A stretch of 40,217 bases of DNA, from the NCBI GenBank assembly GCA_944372205.1, contig CALVYM010000001.1:1-40217 (forward strand), given 5' to 3'. Of the stretch, positions 25,946 to 37,597 are shown piece after piece; the stretch's first letter is position 1, and every line of letters begins with the position of its first letter. Both the position numbers and the translations under genes were made by a program. The DNA is from an uncultured Bacilli bacterium. Lineage in GTDB: Bacteria; Bacillota_I; Bacilli_A; RF39; UBA660. The notes under the pieces were generated by a model. That model was not told the origin of the DNA and did not search any database. It saw only the letters and a list, made by a program, of their open reading frames with translations.

Positions 25946-27742
25946 TTAAATATTTCTTATTCTTGATTTTCCTTTTTTTTCTCTAACTATTTCTTGTCCC
26001 ATTTTTTCTAATTTTAAAAAGTCTATTTTTTCATTTGGAGTATATGGAATACTTGTAATTTCTTCAAAATATGATGGTATTTCATAATCAGGAAGATTTT
26101 CATTACAATAATCTTTTATACAATCAATTGTACTATTTATATTATATCCGTCTTTAAAGACTATAAAAGCCATAGGTACACTAATAGATGCTTCATCTGG
26201 TACACCTACTACAACACATTTTTTGACAAATGGTAAGGCATCAATTACTTCTTCAATATTATCTGGACTAATTTTGAATGCTTCTTTATTGATAACTCGT
26301 CGGTTTCTTCCTTTGTGATAGATAAAATAATCTTCATCAATATAAGCAAGATCTCCTGATTTAACCCACTCACCTGTTTCATCAGTTATTTTTATTTCTT
26401 CGGTTTGAGCAGCATTGCCAAAGTATTCTTTAAATAAATTATCACTTTGGGCATATAGTTCTCCGACCTTATTAAATGGAAGTGTTTCTTGAGTTTCAGG
26501 GTTTACTATTTTTATTTTAACATCATGCATAGGAACACCAATTGAACCTGGACGATTAGCGTATCTTGGGGATACCACTATAGCTCCAAGGCATTCATTA
26601 TTGCCATAACCATTGACAATTACTTTATCAAATTCATTTTGCATATCAATTAGTTCTTGAGCTTTTATTTCATCTCCTCCAGAAACAAAGACTTTAGCTC
26701 TTTTAATACCTTCTAGAACTCTTTTTAATTCATGCATCTTTTCTTTTAATTCCTTATGTTTAGTTTCATCTTGTTCTAATGCAGCAATATCACTTTTTAA
26801 TTTAATTAATTTATCATAGATATAACGATAATGTACTGGTGTTGCTAGAGAAATATCAAATTTACCTAAATCATTGTAAACAGATTCAGCACTAATGAAA
26901 GGATTTAATTCAGCTTTCATGGTAAAAGCTAATGATGCATAAAATGAATTACCTAAACCATATATAATAAATGGTGGTACTGATATATGCATAGATTCTC
27001 CCTTATAAAAAGGTAAATCCGTATATGCCATTTTTTGTACAGCAGAATTAAAATTATATTCCGTGTGCACTATTTGTTTTGGTTTACCAGTGCTTCCTGA
27101 TGATTGGACAACTAGTGATGGTCTTTCTTTTTCAAAAGATATTGGGATAACCTCAGTATTTTTTCCTCTATTTAGAAATTCTTTAAATGTAATGAATCTT
27201 TTATCATCGGGTAGTTTTTTACCTTCAATTTTGGCTTTTACTGTACCTAATGTCCTAATTAGAGGATTTAAATAATCAAGTGGTGAAGATATAATAACCG
27301 TTTTTAAGTTAGTTTCATCAATAAAGTTTTCAAACATTTCAATTAAATCTTCTTTTTCAAATACTATAGCCACTTTACAATTAAAATTGTTGATATAATT
27401 CATTATATCCTTATCTTTGCATCTTAAATCTATCCATACCATTTGTGCTCCAATTTTACTTAATGCCAGTAAGCATTCTTCCACAATTGGAGTTGATGTT
27501 GTTGATATTGCTACAGCATCACCTTCTTTTACACCAGATGCTTTAAGTGATGCTGCTAGCTTATCTGATTCATAAATTAATTCTTTATAAGTCATATTAG
27601 AACCTAAAAATCCTGTTGCATATAAATTTAAATCATCCTTTGCTTCACTGGTTACTAAGGAATACATTGTTTGATTTAAATTAAATTCTTTTATTGGTTT
27701 TTTACGATTATATTTATCAGTGCTAAATATTATTTCAGACAT
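25946..27742 (-). CDS. AMP-binding (ANL superfamily) acyl/aryl-CoA ligase-like enzyme
   Basis: Adenylation core motifs SSGSTGKPK, YGNNEC, GELYAQS...YFGN and SGDLAYID...GRNRRVIN. SD GGGAGG. It starts 3 nt after the murD stop. Confidence 0.8.
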   Translation of the reverse strand: MSEIIFSTDKYNRKKPIKEFNLNQTMYSLVTSEAKDDLNLYATGFLGSNMTYKELIYESDKLAASLKASGVKEGDAVAISTTSTPIVEECLLALSKIGAQMVWIDLRCKDKDIMNYINNFNCKVAIVFEKEDLIEMFENFIDETNLKTVIISSPLDYLNPLIRTLGTVKAKIEGKKLPDDKRFITFKEFLNRGKNTEVIPISFEKERPSLVVQSSGSTGKPKQIVHTEYNFNSAVQKMAYTDLPFYKGESMHISVPPFIIYGLGNSFYASLAFTMKAELNPFISAESVYNDLGKFDISLATPVHYRYIYDKLIKLKSDIAALEQDETKHKELKEKMHELKRVLEGIKRAKVFVSGGDEIKAQELIDMQNEFDKVIVNGYGNNECLGAIVVSPRYANRPGSIGVPMHDVKIKIVNPETQETLPFNKVGELYAQSDNLFKEYFGNAAQTEEIKITDETGEWVKSGDLAYIDEDYFIYHKGRNRRVINKEAFKISPDNIEEVIDALPFVKKCVVVGVPDEASISVPMAFIVFKDGYNINSTIDCIKDYCNENLPDYEIPSYFEEITSIPYTPNEKIDFLKLEKMGQEIVREKKGKSRIRNI

Positions 27743-27744
27743 TT

Positions 27745-29052
27745 TTAAACCTCCCTTTTAAATTCATCTCCCCGATCTTCAAATTTAAGATACTGATCTT
27801 GTGATGAGCTAGCTGGTGATAATAACACTATATCACCAGATTTAACATTTTCTTTTATCTTTTTCATCGCACTTTTTATATTATAACACTTAAATACTGG
27901 AATATCTAGACTTTCTGAAAAATCTGCTACTATATCGGTTACTTCACCAATTGCATAAATTATTTTGACATTACCTAAATAATTTTTAAGAACATTAAAA
28001 TCTTGGTTACGATTTAGGCCACCTAGGATTAAATGGATTGGCTTATTAAATGTTTTTAGAGCAGTAATTGTAGATGTTGGATTAGTAGATTTGGAATCAT
28101 TATAATAATCTACTCCATCAATACTTTTAACATACTCAATACGATGCTCTACTCCCTTAAATGTTTTAATAAATTCTTCTACTTTTTCTTTATCTAATTT
28201 AAATTGTTTAACAACTAGTAAAGCCGCAATGAGGTTTTCATAGTTATGAGCACCTTTAAGAATCATATCATCTAAATTTAAGTATGGTTTATTATCTAAA
28301 TATAGATATCCATCTTTAATATAATTTAAATTATTATTAAAATATATTTTAGTAGATAAAATATCTTTAGTAATATTCAAGCAATCATTATTGCTATAAT
28401 TAATTATAGCAATATCTTTATTAGTATGATTATTAAATATTTTTTTCTTAGTATTAATATAATTTTCATAAGTTCCATGATAATCTAAATGAGTGGGACA
28501 AAGATTAGTAAGAATGCTAATATTAGTTTTAAAATCATGAAAATCATATAATTGATGATCACTTATTTCTAAAAGTAAAATAGAATTATCTTTTATATCA
28601 CTTAATAAATCACATAAAGGTATGCCAATATTACCTCCGATGATTACATTATATCCATGCATTTTTAATAAATTATAAATCATTGTAACGGTTGTTGTTT
28701 TACCATTAGAACCAGTTACACCAATAATAGTTAAATACTCAGGTAAATAATGATAAGCTAGTTCCATTTCATTAATACAAGGAATATTTAAATCTTTAAT
28801 CTTTTTAGAAATAGCACTAGTAGCTAGTATTGCAGGATTTCTGACTATTAAATCAAAGTCATTATTTATTAAACTTAATTGATCTTTAGTAATTATTATT
28901 TTTACTCCTAAACTCTTTAGTAAATCTTCGTCTTCTTTTTTTATTTCTTTTAAATCACTTATTGTAACTTCATTTTTTAAAGCTAATATTTTTGCTGCTG
29001 CAAGGCCACTACGAGCTGCACCAAGAATTAATATTTTTTTTCCTTCATACAT
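27745..29052 (-). CDS. murD: UDP-N-acetylmuramoyl-L-alanine--D-glutamate ligase
   Basis: N-terminal Rossmann GAARSGLAAAKIL. Mur ligase P-loop GVTGSNGKTTT. EHRIE motif. The track start at 29061 is a GTG inside the SD AAGGTGA, so I prefer the ATG at 29052. Confidence 0.88.
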   Translation of the reverse strand: MYEGKKILILGAARSGLAAAKILALKNEVTISDLKEIKKEDEDLLKSLGVKIIITKDQLSLINNDFDLIVRNPAILATSAISKKIKDLNIPCINEMELAYHYLPEYLTIIGVTGSNGKTTTVTMIYNLLKMHGYNVIIGGNIGIPLCDLLSDIKDNSILLLEISDHQLYDFHDFKTNISILTNLCPTHLDYHGTYENYINTKKKIFNNHTNKDIAIINYSNNDCLNITKDILSTKIYFNNNLNYIKDGYLYLDNKPYLNLDDMILKGAHNYENLIAALLVVKQFKLDKEKVEEFIKTFKGVEHRIEYVKSIDGVDYYNDSKSTNPTSTITALKTFNKPIHLILGGLNRNQDFNVLKNYLGNVKIIYAIGEVTDIVADFSESLDIPVFKCYNIKSAMKKIKENVKSGDIVLLSPASSSQDQYLKFEDRGDEFKREV

Positions 29053-29138
29053 ATATATCACCTTGTATAAATTATATAAATTAATTAAAATTTTTGCAAG
29101 ATTATCTTTTATTTAAATTAACAATATAATTACTTCTA

Positions 29139-29281
29139 TTAGTAATTCCAGGTATTTTTAGTAACATCAAAACCATTTTGATAAAATTCTTCATAAGATA
29201 AATGTTTAATTGCAGTAAATTTTAATAAAAAGTAATACCAAATAACTATATTATAATCAAAGACTGCAATATTTTTTGCAT
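29139..29281 (-). pseudogene. Candidate small membrane-peptide gene (47 aa if restored) interrupted at an A6 run
   Basis: SD AAAGGGGG lies 6 nt before the ATG at 29281. As written, the ORF stops after 11 codons. One extra A in the A6 run (29272-29277) would give MQKNIAVFDYNIVIWYYFLLKFTAIKHLSYEEFYQNGFDVTKNTWNY, ending at the TAA at 29139-29141. Confidence 0.3.
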
Positions 29282-29361
29282 AAATAACCCCCTTTAAATA
29301 AGGAATATTTATTAATATAAATTGCTAGTTTTGTCAAATTTACAAAAGAAAAGGAAATGCT

Positions 29362-32300
29362 TTAAGCAGCATCTCCTTGAACTTCTTCTAAGTCTGTTTT
29401 TAAATCCGCATCATCCATAAGTTTTTCTTCTAAGACCTCACTAGCATCATCATCTAAAGCACCTTTTTCAAGTTCTATAGAAATAGCACTATATTGTTTA
29501 TAGCCAGTACCTGCAGGTATTAGTTTTCCAATAATAACATTTTCTTTTAAACCTTGTAAGTGATCAACTTTACCATGTATAGCAGCATCTGTTAGAACAC
29601 GAGTTGTTTCTTGGAATGATGCCGCAGATAAGAAGGAATCTGTTTCAAGAGACGATTTTGTAATACCAAGCATGATTGGATTACCTTTTGCAGGTATACC
29701 ACCAGATAGGATTACTGGTTTATTTCCTTCAGTAAATTCTCTTAGAGATACAGTTAGACCTTCGACAAAGTCAGTATCACCAGCGTCAGTAATACGTACC
29801 TTATTAATCATTCTTTTAACAATAATTTCAATATGTTTATCGGAAATATCAACACCTTGAAGTTTATATACTTTTTGGACTTCTTTTAAGATGTATTCTT
29901 GAGCTGTAAGTGGATCTGTTACGGCAAGTAATTCTTTTGGTGAAATAACACCTTCAGTTAGTTTATCACCTGCTTCAACAGTATCTCCAACACTAACACG
30001 AACTTTCATATTATAGTTAGTTACATGTTCTCTTACTCCAGCTTCATTTTCAATAGTAATTAAGTGTTTGCCATTTTGTTCTTCAATACCAATAACTTTA
30101 CCACTAACTTCAGCAATAGTTGCTTTTCCTTTTGGAATGCGTGCTTCAAATAATTCTTCAACTCTTGGAAGACCTTGAGTAATATCGGCATCTCCACCAT
30201 GGGCTACCCCTCCTGAGTGGAAGGTACGCATGGTTAACTGAGTACCTGGTTCACCAATTGATTGAGCGGCCATAATACCTACAGCTTCACCTTTTTCAAC
30301 TAAGTTACCAGTTGCAAGGTTACGTCCATAACATTTTTGACATACACCATTATTTGATTTACAAGTAAGAATACTTCTAATTTCTACGCGTTTAATACCT
30401 GCTTTAGTAATTTTAGCAACTGCATTTTCCGTAATCATGTCACCAGCTTCAACAATAACTTCTTTAGTTTGGGGGTTAACGATTCTCTTAGATGCAAAAC
30501 GACCTAAAATTCTTTCAGCAAGTGGTTCAATTATAGTATTATCTTTATCATTTAATAAATCATAAACTACTAATCCTTGAACAGAACCACAATCGTAATC
30601 TTTGACAATGATATCTTGGGCAACATCTACTAAACGACGAGTTAGGTATCCAGAGTCAGCAGTACGAAGAGCGGTATCTGCAGAACCTTTTCTTGAACCA
30701 TGAGTTGATAAGAAGAATTCTGATACTGTCAAACCTTCGATAAATGATGAAGTAATCGGAATTTCTACTGTAGAACCATCTGGTTTAGCCATAAGTCCCC
30801 GCATTCCCGCTAACTGTGTGAAGTTGGAAATTGATCCACGAGCTCCACTATTCATCATCATGAAAATTGGATTATCATAATTATTTTTACTGATTTCTGC
30901 AAGTTCATCTTTAATTTCATCGGTTGCTTTGTTCCAAGAAACAATAACATTTTCATATCTTTCAGCTTCAGTTATTAAACCTCTTTGATATTGTTTATTG
31001 ATTTTATCTACTTTAGCTTTTGCTCTTTCAATAATTTCATGTTTGTCATCACTTCTTACAACATCAGCAATTGAGACAGTTACACCTGCAACAGTTGAAT
31101 ATTTGAAACCTAAATCTTTTAACTTATCAAGCATGATTGAAGTTTCAGTTGTTTTATATCTTTTAAATACTTGAGCAATTAATAAACCTAAAGTTTTTTT
31201 GATAAATGGTTGTACTAGTTCCATTTTAGATATTTCTTCAGGAATATTTGATCCCATGCTTAAGAAATATTTATCTGGAGTTATGCCTTCGATATTTTCT
31301 TTAGTTCCTTCATTAACATATGGATAAGTATCAGGTAGGATTTCATTAAATTTAACTTTACCTACAGTTGTAACTAAATATTTATCTTTTTGAGCATCGG
31401 TAAATAATTTGTGTCTAAATGAGCTTACTGGAATAGCTATACGAGTATGAAGAGTTATTTCTCTTCTTTCATAAGCCATTAAAGCTTCTTCTGGACTTTT
31501 ATATACATGACCTTCATTTGGAAGTCCTGCATATTCAATGGTTAGGTAACAATTACCTAATACCATGTCTTGGCTAGGTGTAACGATTGGTTTTCCATCT
31601 TTTGGATTCAATATGTTATTAGCACCAAGCATAAGAATTCTAGCTTCAGCTTTAGCTTCTTCAGAAAGTGGTACGTGAACTGCCATTTGGTCACCATCGA
31701 AGTCAGCATTAAATGCTGTACAAACAAGTGGATGAAGACGAATAGCTTTACCACCAACTAGGACTGGTTCAAAAGCTTGAATACCAAGTCTATGTAGAGT
31801 TGGAGCACGGTTTAAAAGTACTGGATATTCTGTAATTACATCTTCAACAATATCCCATACTGCTTCATCACGAGCATCAATTAATTTTTTTGCCCCCTTA
31901 ATGTTATGAGCAAGACCGCGTTCTACTATACCATTTATAACATGGGGTTTAAATAATTCAATTGCCATTTCTTTAGGTAGACCACATTGATACATTTTTA
32001 AATTTGGTCCAACAACAATAACAGAACGACCTGAGTAGTCAACTCTCTTACCTAACAAGTTTTGACGGAATCTTCCTTGTTTACCTTTAAGCATGCTAGA
32101 TAAACTTTTAAGTGGACGATTACTTGCAGCAGTAATACTTCTGCCACGACGTCCATTATCAAATAGGGAATCTACCGCTTCTTGAAGCATTCTTTTTTCA
32201 TTTTGAACAATAATTGTTGGAGCTCCAAGTTCTAGTAATTTCTTTAAACGATTATTTCTGTTGATAATTCTTCTATATAAATCATTTAGATCACTTGTTG

Positions 32301-33048
32301 CAAATCTTCCACCATCAAGTTGAATCATCGGACGTAATTCTGGAGGTATAACAGGAAGTACATCTAGAACCATCCATTCAGGTTTATTACCACTTTCTTG
32401 GAATGCTACTAGGCAATCAAGTCTTTTTACTAAACGAATTCTTTTTTGACCAGTAGTATTTTCAAGTTCAGCACGAAGATTTTCAATTTCTTTATCTAAA
32501 TCTACTCGTTTAAGTAATTCTTTAATAGCTTCAGCACCCATACCTACAGTGAAGGTATTACCATATTTTTCATAGTATGCCCGGTATTCTTTATCAGACA
32601 ATGTTTGTTTTACTTCTAGTGGTGCAGAACCTGGATCAATTACGACATATGATACAAAGTATAATACTTCTTCCAAGTCTCTTGGTGACATATCTAGGAC
32701 AAGGCCCATTTTTGATGGTACACCTTTAAAGAACCAAATGTGAGAGCAAGGAGCAGCAAGTTCAATGTGCCCCATTCTTTCACGTCTTACCTTTGATAAA
32801 GTTACTTCAACCCCACAACGATCACAAACAATATTTTTATATCTAAGTCTTTTGTATTTACCACAGCTACATTCATAATCTTTAGTTGGTCCAAAGATTT
32901 TTTCACAGAATAAGCCATCGCGTTCGGGTTTAAGCGTACGATAATTAATTGTTTCAGGTTTCTTTACTTCACCATAAGACCATGAACGAATCTTTTCTGG
33001 TGAGGCAATACTTACCTTTATTCCTTTAAATTTACTTACATCTATCAT
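29362..33048 (-). CDS. rpoC: DNA-directed RNA polymerase subunit beta'
   Basis: 1228 aa. Zn-finger [23 protein letters not shown]. Catalytic NADFDGDQM. Full-length collinearity with bacterial beta'. Confidence 0.98.
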   Translation of the reverse strand: MIDVSKFKGIKVSIASPEKIRSWSYGEVKKPETINYRTLKPERDGLFCEKIFGPTKDYECSCGKYKRLRYKNIVCDRCGVEVTLSKVRRERMGHIELAAPCSHIWFFKGVPSKMGLVLDMSPRDLEEVLYFVSYVVIDPGSAPLEVKQTLSDKEYRAYYEKYGNTFTVGMGAEAIKELLKRVDLDKEIENLRAELENTTGQKRIRLVKRLDCLVAFQESGNKPEWMVLDVLPVIPPELRPMIQLDGGRFATSDLNDLYRRIINRNNRLKKLLELGAPTIIVQNEKRMLQEAVDSLFDNGRRGRSITAASNRPLKSLSSMLKGKQGRFRQNLLGKRVDYSGRSVIVVGPNLKMYQCGLPKEMAIELFKPHVINGIVERGLAHNIKGAKKLIDARDEAVWDIVEDVITEYPVLLNRAPTLHRLGIQAFEPVLVGGKAIRLHPLVCTAFNADFDGDQMAVHVPLSEEAKAEARILMLGANNILNPKDGKPIVTPSQDMVLGNCYLTIEYAGLPNEGHVYKSPEEALMAYERREITLHTRIAIPVSSFRHKLFTDAQKDKYLVTTVGKVKFNEILPDTYPYVNEGTKENIEGITPDKYFLSMGSNIPEEISKMELVQPFIKKTLGLLIAQVFKRYKTTETSIMLDKLKDLGFKYSTVAGVTVSIADVVRSDDKHEIIERAKAKVDKINKQYQRGLITEAERYENVIVSWNKATDEIKDELAEISKNNYDNPIFMMMNSGARGSISNFTQLAGMRGLMAKPDGSTVEIPITSSFIEGLTVSEFFLSTHGSRKGSADTALRTADSGYLTRRLVDVAQDIIVKDYDCGSVQGLVVYDLLNDKDNTIIEPLAERILGRFASKRIVNPQTKEVIVEAGDMITENAVAKITKAGIKRVEIRSILTCKSNNGVCQKCYGRNLATGNLVEKGEAVGIMAAQSIGEPGTQLTMRTFHSGGVAHGGDADITQGLPRVEELFEARIPKGKATIAEVSGKVIGIEEQNGKHLITIENEAGVREHVTNYNMKVRVSVGDTVEAGDKLTEGVISPKELLAVTDPLTAQEYILKEVQKVYKLQGVDISDKHIEIIVKRMINKVRITDAGDTDFVEGLTVSLREFTEGNKPVILSGGIPAKGNPIMLGITKSSLETDSFLSAASFQETTRVLTDAAIHGKVDHLQGLKENVIIGKLIPAGTGYKQYSAISIELEKGALDDDASEVLEEKLMDDADLKTDLEEVQGDAA

Positions 33049-33050
33049 TT

Positions 33051-36000
33051 TTATTCACCTATATCCCCTTCATCTATATCTCCAGGAAACTCTAAATCAT
33101 CTAAATCATTATCTTCCTCTTCGAATTCATTAACTTCTGGTTCACTTGGCTCATTACTTGGAGTAATATCTTTTGGTGTTATTTCTATTTCATCTATTCT
33201 AAAGTTTTCTCCATCATCATCTTCTTCTAATTCTTTAAACTCTAAAACATTATCATTTTGATCAATTATTTGAACATCTAGAGCTAATGCTTGGAATTCT
33301 TTAACTAATACTCGGAAGGATTCTGGTACACCAGCTTGATCAATTACTTTACCTTTTACTAATGATTCGTAGACTTTAACACGACCAGTAATATCATCGG
33401 CTTTAACTGTAAGAATTTCTTGAAGAACATGGCTAGCACCATATGCATATAATGCCCAAACTTCCATTTCACCGAATCTTTGTCCACCGAATTGGGCTTT
33501 ACCACCTAGAGGTTGTTGCGTAACAAGGGAATATGGACCTGTTGCCCGAGCATGTAATTTATCATCGACCATGTGATGAAGTTTTACCATGTACATAACA
33601 CCAACATTGATACGATGATCAAATGCCTCACCAGTACGGCCATCACGAAGTTCTACTTTTCCATCTTCAGCCATACCTGCAGCTTTCATTTCTTCTAAAA
33701 TATCTTCCCAAGTTGCTCCATCAAATACTGGAGTTGCATAATGAACACCTAATTTTTTACCAGCCATACCTAGATGAACTTCTAGTATTTGACCAATGTT
33801 CATACGAGATGGAACACCTAGAGGATTAAGCATGATGTCAACTGGTCTGCCATCTGGTAAGTAAGGCATATCTTCTTCTGGTAAAATTAGTGAGATAACC
33901 CCTTTGTTACCATGACGACCTGACATTTTATCTCCGACTTGGATTTTTCTTTTTTGGATTATATATACTCTGATAATTTTAGATACACCAGCACCTAATT
34001 CATCAGAATTTTCTTTAGTGTAGACTTTAACATCGTGAACAATACCACCAGCACCATGTTCAACACGCAAAGATGTATCACGAACTTCACGAGTTTTTTC
34101 ACCAAATATGGCATGTAATAATTTTTCTTCACTAGTTAATTCTTGAACACCTTTTGGTGTAACTTTACCAACTAGGATATCCCCTTCTTTTACTTCAGTA
34201 CCAATTCTAACAATACCATCAGCATCAAGATTTTTACGAGCATCTTCTCCAACATTTGGAATATCTCTAGTAATTTCTTCTGGTCCTAATTTTGTATCAC
34301 GGCATTCAATATCATAATGAGATATATGAAGTGATGTATAAACATCATCTTTAACTAATCTTTCATTTAGTATTACTGCGTCTTCATAGTTATAACCATT
34401 AAATGTCATGAAGGCAACAGTCATATTTTTACCTAAAGCTAGTTCTCCGCCATCGGTTGATGGACCATCAGCAATAACTTGACCCGCATGAACTTTATCA
34501 CCAGCTTTTACTAGTGGATGGTGATTAATACAACTTGAGGCATTACTTCTTTCAAAGTTTGCAAGATTATAAGTATCAGTTCCCTTAGCAACTTTTACCA
34601 CAATCTTTAGAGCATCAGCATATTCTACAACACCATCAGCTTTACAAACAATGGTTGAACCGGAATCACGAGCAGCGATATATTCAACACCTGTACCAAC
34701 AATTGGAGCTTCAGTTTCTAGTAATGGTACTGCTTGACGTTGCATGTTTGCACCCATTAGGGTTCTATTAGCATCATCATATTCCAAGAATGGAATACAA
34801 CTAGTTGTAATTGAAACTACTTGGCTAGGTGCAACATCGATATAATTAACATGCATTCTATCAACATATACCGTATCACCATTTAAACGAGCAATAACTT
34901 CATCATCAACTATATCATTATTTTCATTAATATTAATTGTTGCTTGAGATATATAAAAATCTTTTTCTTCATCAGCAGTCATATAAACTACTTCGTCAGT
35001 AACATGACCATCAACAACTTTTTTGTATGGAGTCATGATAAAACCATATTCATTAATTTTTGCATAACCTGCAAGAGATGTGATAAGACCAATGTTTTGT
35101 CCTTCTGGAGATTCAATTGGACAAATACGACCATAGTGAGATGCGTTAACATCCCGAACGTCCATGCCAGCACGATCTCTTGATAGTCCTCCAGGTCCTA
35201 AACTTGATAAACGTCTTTTATCTGTAAGTTCAGCAATTGGGTTAATTTGATCCATAAATTTTGATAATTGCGATGAACCAAAGAATTCTTTTAAAGCTGC
35301 AGTTACTGGACGAATATTAATAAGTGTTTTTGGAGTAACTGTTTCAAGTTCTTGAGTAGTCATTCGTTCACGAATTACTCTTTCCATTCTAGCCATACCA
35401 ATTCTAAATTGATTTTGAATTAGTTCTCCAACTTGACGAACTCTTCTGTTTCCTAGGTTATCAATTTCATCATCTAATCCAATACCAAAATGTAATCCTA
35501 TATAATAATTTAAGGATGCATAAACATCAGGAATTGTAAGTCTTCTGACATCAACAGATCCATCAGTTCCAATTAAAGTAATTGTTTTTTTAGCATCAAG
35601 AGGATTTACAACTTTAACAGTTTGAACCTTATTATAGTCATCTAATTCTTCATTTATTTTTATGTCATGAACATTTAAGCCATTTGCAAATAATGGTTTT
35701 AATGTTGCTAGTAATTCTTTAGTTACAACACTACCAGCTTCAGCAATTACTTTTTTGCCATCAATTATTGGTTCAGCTAATGTTAAACCCACAAGTCTGT
35801 CTAGAACATTTAATTTTTTATTAAATTTATAACGACCAACTTTTGCTAAATCATAACGGAATTTATCAAAAAATCTGGTAATAAGTTGATTTTTTGATGA
35901 ATCAAGGGTTGCTGGTTCACCAGGTCTTAATTTTTCATAAATTTCAATTAAAGCTTCATCAGTATTATTAGTACTGTCTTTTTCTAAGGTATTAATAATG

Positions 36001-36647
36001 TATTCATTATCACCAAAAACTTCGATTATTTCTTCATCTGTTGATAAACCTAGTGCTCTAAGCAAAGTTGTTACAGTTACTTTTCTAGTTCTATCAATTC
36101 TGACATACAAAACATTACGAGCATCAGTTTCGTATTCTAACCATGTACCTTTATTAGGTATTAATTCTCCAGTAATAATGTGTCGCCCATTTTTGTCAAT
36201 TTCTTTTTTGAAATAAACACTAGGACTACGAACAAGTTGGGAAACAATAACTCTTTCAGCACCATTAATTATAAATGTTCCAGCATCAGTCATTAAAGGC
36301 ATGTCACCTAGGAATATAGTTTGTTCTTTTACTTCTCCCGTTTCATGCACGAAAAGACGAGCTTCAACCTTAAGTGGTGCAGCATAGTTTACCATTCTTT
36401 CTTTTGCTTCTTTAATAGAATATCTTGGTTCATCAAAATAATAATCACCAAATTCTAAAGAAATATTTCCTGTAAAGCTTTCAACTGGAAATAAATCATC
36501 AAAGATTTCTTTGATGCCTTCTTCCAAAAATTGTTGATAGCTTTTCTTTTGAATTTCAAGTAAATCTTTCAATTCTAAAACGTTTTTCGTTCTTGAAAAA
36601 CTTCTTCTTTCACGATAGTCACCAAATTTTTTAACTTTATAAGCCAC
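33051..36647 (-). CDS. rpoB: DNA-directed RNA polymerase subunit beta
   Basis: 1198 aa. Conserved blocks (the rifampicin-cluster region [23 protein letters not shown], and others). GTG start at 36647 with SD GGGGTGA. Acidic C-terminal tail. Confidence 0.98.
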   Translation of the reverse strand: MAYKVKKFGDYRERRSFSRTKNVLELKDLLEIQKKSYQQFLEEGIKEIFDDLFPVESFTGNISLEFGDYYFDEPRYSIKEAKERMVNYAAPLKVEARLFVHETGEVKEQTIFLGDMPLMTDAGTFIINGAERVIVSQLVRSPSVYFKKEIDKNGRHIITGELIPNKGTWLEYETDARNVLYVRIDRTRKVTVTTLLRALGLSTDEEIIEVFGDNEYIINTLEKDSTNNTDEALIEIYEKLRPGEPATLDSSKNQLITRFFDKFRYDLAKVGRYKFNKKLNVLDRLVGLTLAEPIIDGKKVIAEAGSVVTKELLATLKPLFANGLNVHDIKINEELDDYNKVQTVKVVNPLDAKKTITLIGTDGSVDVRRLTIPDVYASLNYYIGLHFGIGLDDEIDNLGNRRVRQVGELIQNQFRIGMARMERVIRERMTTQELETVTPKTLINIRPVTAALKEFFGSSQLSKFMDQINPIAELTDKRRLSSLGPGGLSRDRAGMDVRDVNASHYGRICPIESPEGQNIGLITSLAGYAKINEYGFIMTPYKKVVDGHVTDEVVYMTADEEKDFYISQATININENNDIVDDEVIARLNGDTVYVDRMHVNYIDVAPSQVVSITTSCIPFLEYDDANRTLMGANMQRQAVPLLETEAPIVGTGVEYIAARDSGSTIVCKADGVVEYADALKIVVKVAKGTDTYNLANFERSNASSCINHHPLVKAGDKVHAGQVIADGPSTDGGELALGKNMTVAFMTFNGYNYEDAVILNERLVKDDVYTSLHISHYDIECRDTKLGPEEITRDIPNVGEDARKNLDADGIVRIGTEVKEGDILVGKVTPKGVQELTSEEKLLHAIFGEKTREVRDTSLRVEHGAGGIVHDVKVYTKENSDELGAGVSKIIRVYIIQKRKIQVGDKMSGRHGNKGVISLILPEEDMPYLPDGRPVDIMLNPLGVPSRMNIGQILEVHLGMAGKKLGVHYATPVFDGATWEDILEEMKAAGMAEDGKVELRDGRTGEAFDHRINVGVMYMVKLHHMVDDKLHARATGPYSLVTQQPLGGKAQFGGQRFGEMEVWALYAYGASHVLQEILTVKADDITGRVKVYESLVKGKVIDQAGVPESFRVLVKEFQALALDVQIIDQNDNVLEFKELEEDDDGENFRIDEIEITPKDITPSNEPSEPEVNEFEEEDNDLDDLEFPGDIDEGDIGE

Positions 36648-36741
36648 GATATCACCCCATACACAATTTTTTTAGACTATTAATATTTAAAAAAATAAAT
36701 ATACCACCAATTTAAAATTCTAAATCCTAAAAGGAAATTTG

Positions 36742-37341
36742 TCAACTAATTTTTGCACAAAAGACAAAAAATCCTTTACTTTTTTCTACTATTTTTATAT
36801 TATACCACTTTTCTAGTGCATTTTTTGTCGATTTAGCACCTTGGTCTTTATTTATGACAAACCATAATTCTCCATCTTCATCTAAATGTTCTTTTGCCTC
36901 CGTAAGTATTTTTAATACTGTCTTTTTTCCAGCCCTAATCGGTGGATTTGTTATTATATATTTATATTTATTTTTAACATTTTCATATACATTACTTTCA
37001 AAAACCTTACAATTTTCTATATTATTTAATTTTATATTTCTATCACATAAATGTATTGCTCTTTTATTGATATCTATTATATCTACATTTGCTTTAGTTA
37101 ATATTGCAATAGTAATACCAATAAAACCATAGCCACCACCTACATCTAAAATTTGATTACAATCTAAATTAGAATGATATTTTAAAAATGATTCTACTAA
37201 AAGTTTAGAAGCATAATCTATTTTATTTTTAGAAAATACACCATTATCACTTAAGAATGTTAGTGTAATACCATTTCTTTGATAAGACAGTTCTCTTATC
37301 TCACTTTTTAAATTTTCGTTATTTGTAAAATAATGTTCCAA
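36742..37341 (-). CDS. Class I SAM-dependent methyltransferase, YbxB/RsmC-like (MTS domain)
   Basis: Motif I ILDVGGGYGFIG and motif IV IITNPPIRAGK. It occupies the same position as B. subtilis ybxB, immediately upstream of rpoB. TTG start with SD AAAAGGGGAA. Confidence 0.8.
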   Translation of the reverse strand: MEHYFTNNENLKSEIRELSYQRNGITLTFLSDNGVFSKNKIDYASKLLVESFLKYHSNLDCNQILDVGGGYGFIGITIAILTKANVDIIDINKRAIHLCDRNIKLNNIENCKVFESNVYENVKNKYKYIITNPPIRAGKKTVLKILTEAKEHLDEDGELWFVINKDQGAKSTKNALEKWYNIKIVEKSKGFFVFCAKIS

Positions 37342-37370
37342 TATGTTCCCCTTTTCTCCGACATATATTT

Positions 37371-37399
37371 AGTATACTATAAAATTTCGTTTAAAGCAA
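37371..37399 (-). promoter_or_regulatory. Promoter of the methyltransferase-rpoBC unit
   Basis: Minus strand reads TTGCTT (37394-37399), a 17-nt spacer, then TATACT (37371-37376). Confidence 0.45.
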
Positions 37400-37498
37400 C
37401 TAATTTTAGGACAAAATTTAAATTTCTTGACATCATATATCACCACAAGACATTTCTGGTTTCACAGAGCAATATAGCGTTTAGCAAATTATGAGTGA

Positions 37499-37548
37499 GA
37501 TAAAAGTCAATAGTTGTTTTACAACTTGTCTTGCTATTGACTTTTATC
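37499..37548. terminator. Perfect 15-bp inverted repeat (bidirectional terminator-like hairpin or protein-binding palindrome)
   Basis: GATAAAAGTCAATAG (37499-37513) pairs with CTATTGACTTTTATC (37534-37548) around a 20-nt loop. The loop holds a nested AGTTGT/ACAACT mini-hairpin. The A-tract and T-tract arms make it symmetric on both strands. Confidence 0.5.
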
Positions 37549-37564
37549 GAACGAATGATATAAT
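37537..37564 (+). promoter_or_regulatory. Near-consensus plus-strand promoter pointing into the repeat array
   Basis: TTGACT (37537-37542), a 16-nt spacer, then TGaTATAAT (37556-37564, extended -10). No plus-strand ORF with an SD follows. Confidence 0.4.
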
Positions 37565-37597
37565 CCTTAATGCAAATTATAAGTTTTATTTATTATC

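Noticed and set aside
25919-25947. The hairpin AAACCTTG/CAAGGTTT after the ANL ligase gene, considered as a terminator.
   Set aside because: It has a 13-nt loop and no clean T-run directly after the stem on the minus strand. It is too weak to call, so the kinase may be co-transcribed.
37427-37455. A perfect TTGACA on the plus strand at 37427-37432, considered as a promoter.
   Set aside because: No acceptable -10 lies at 16-18 nt. The sequence there is ACATTT.
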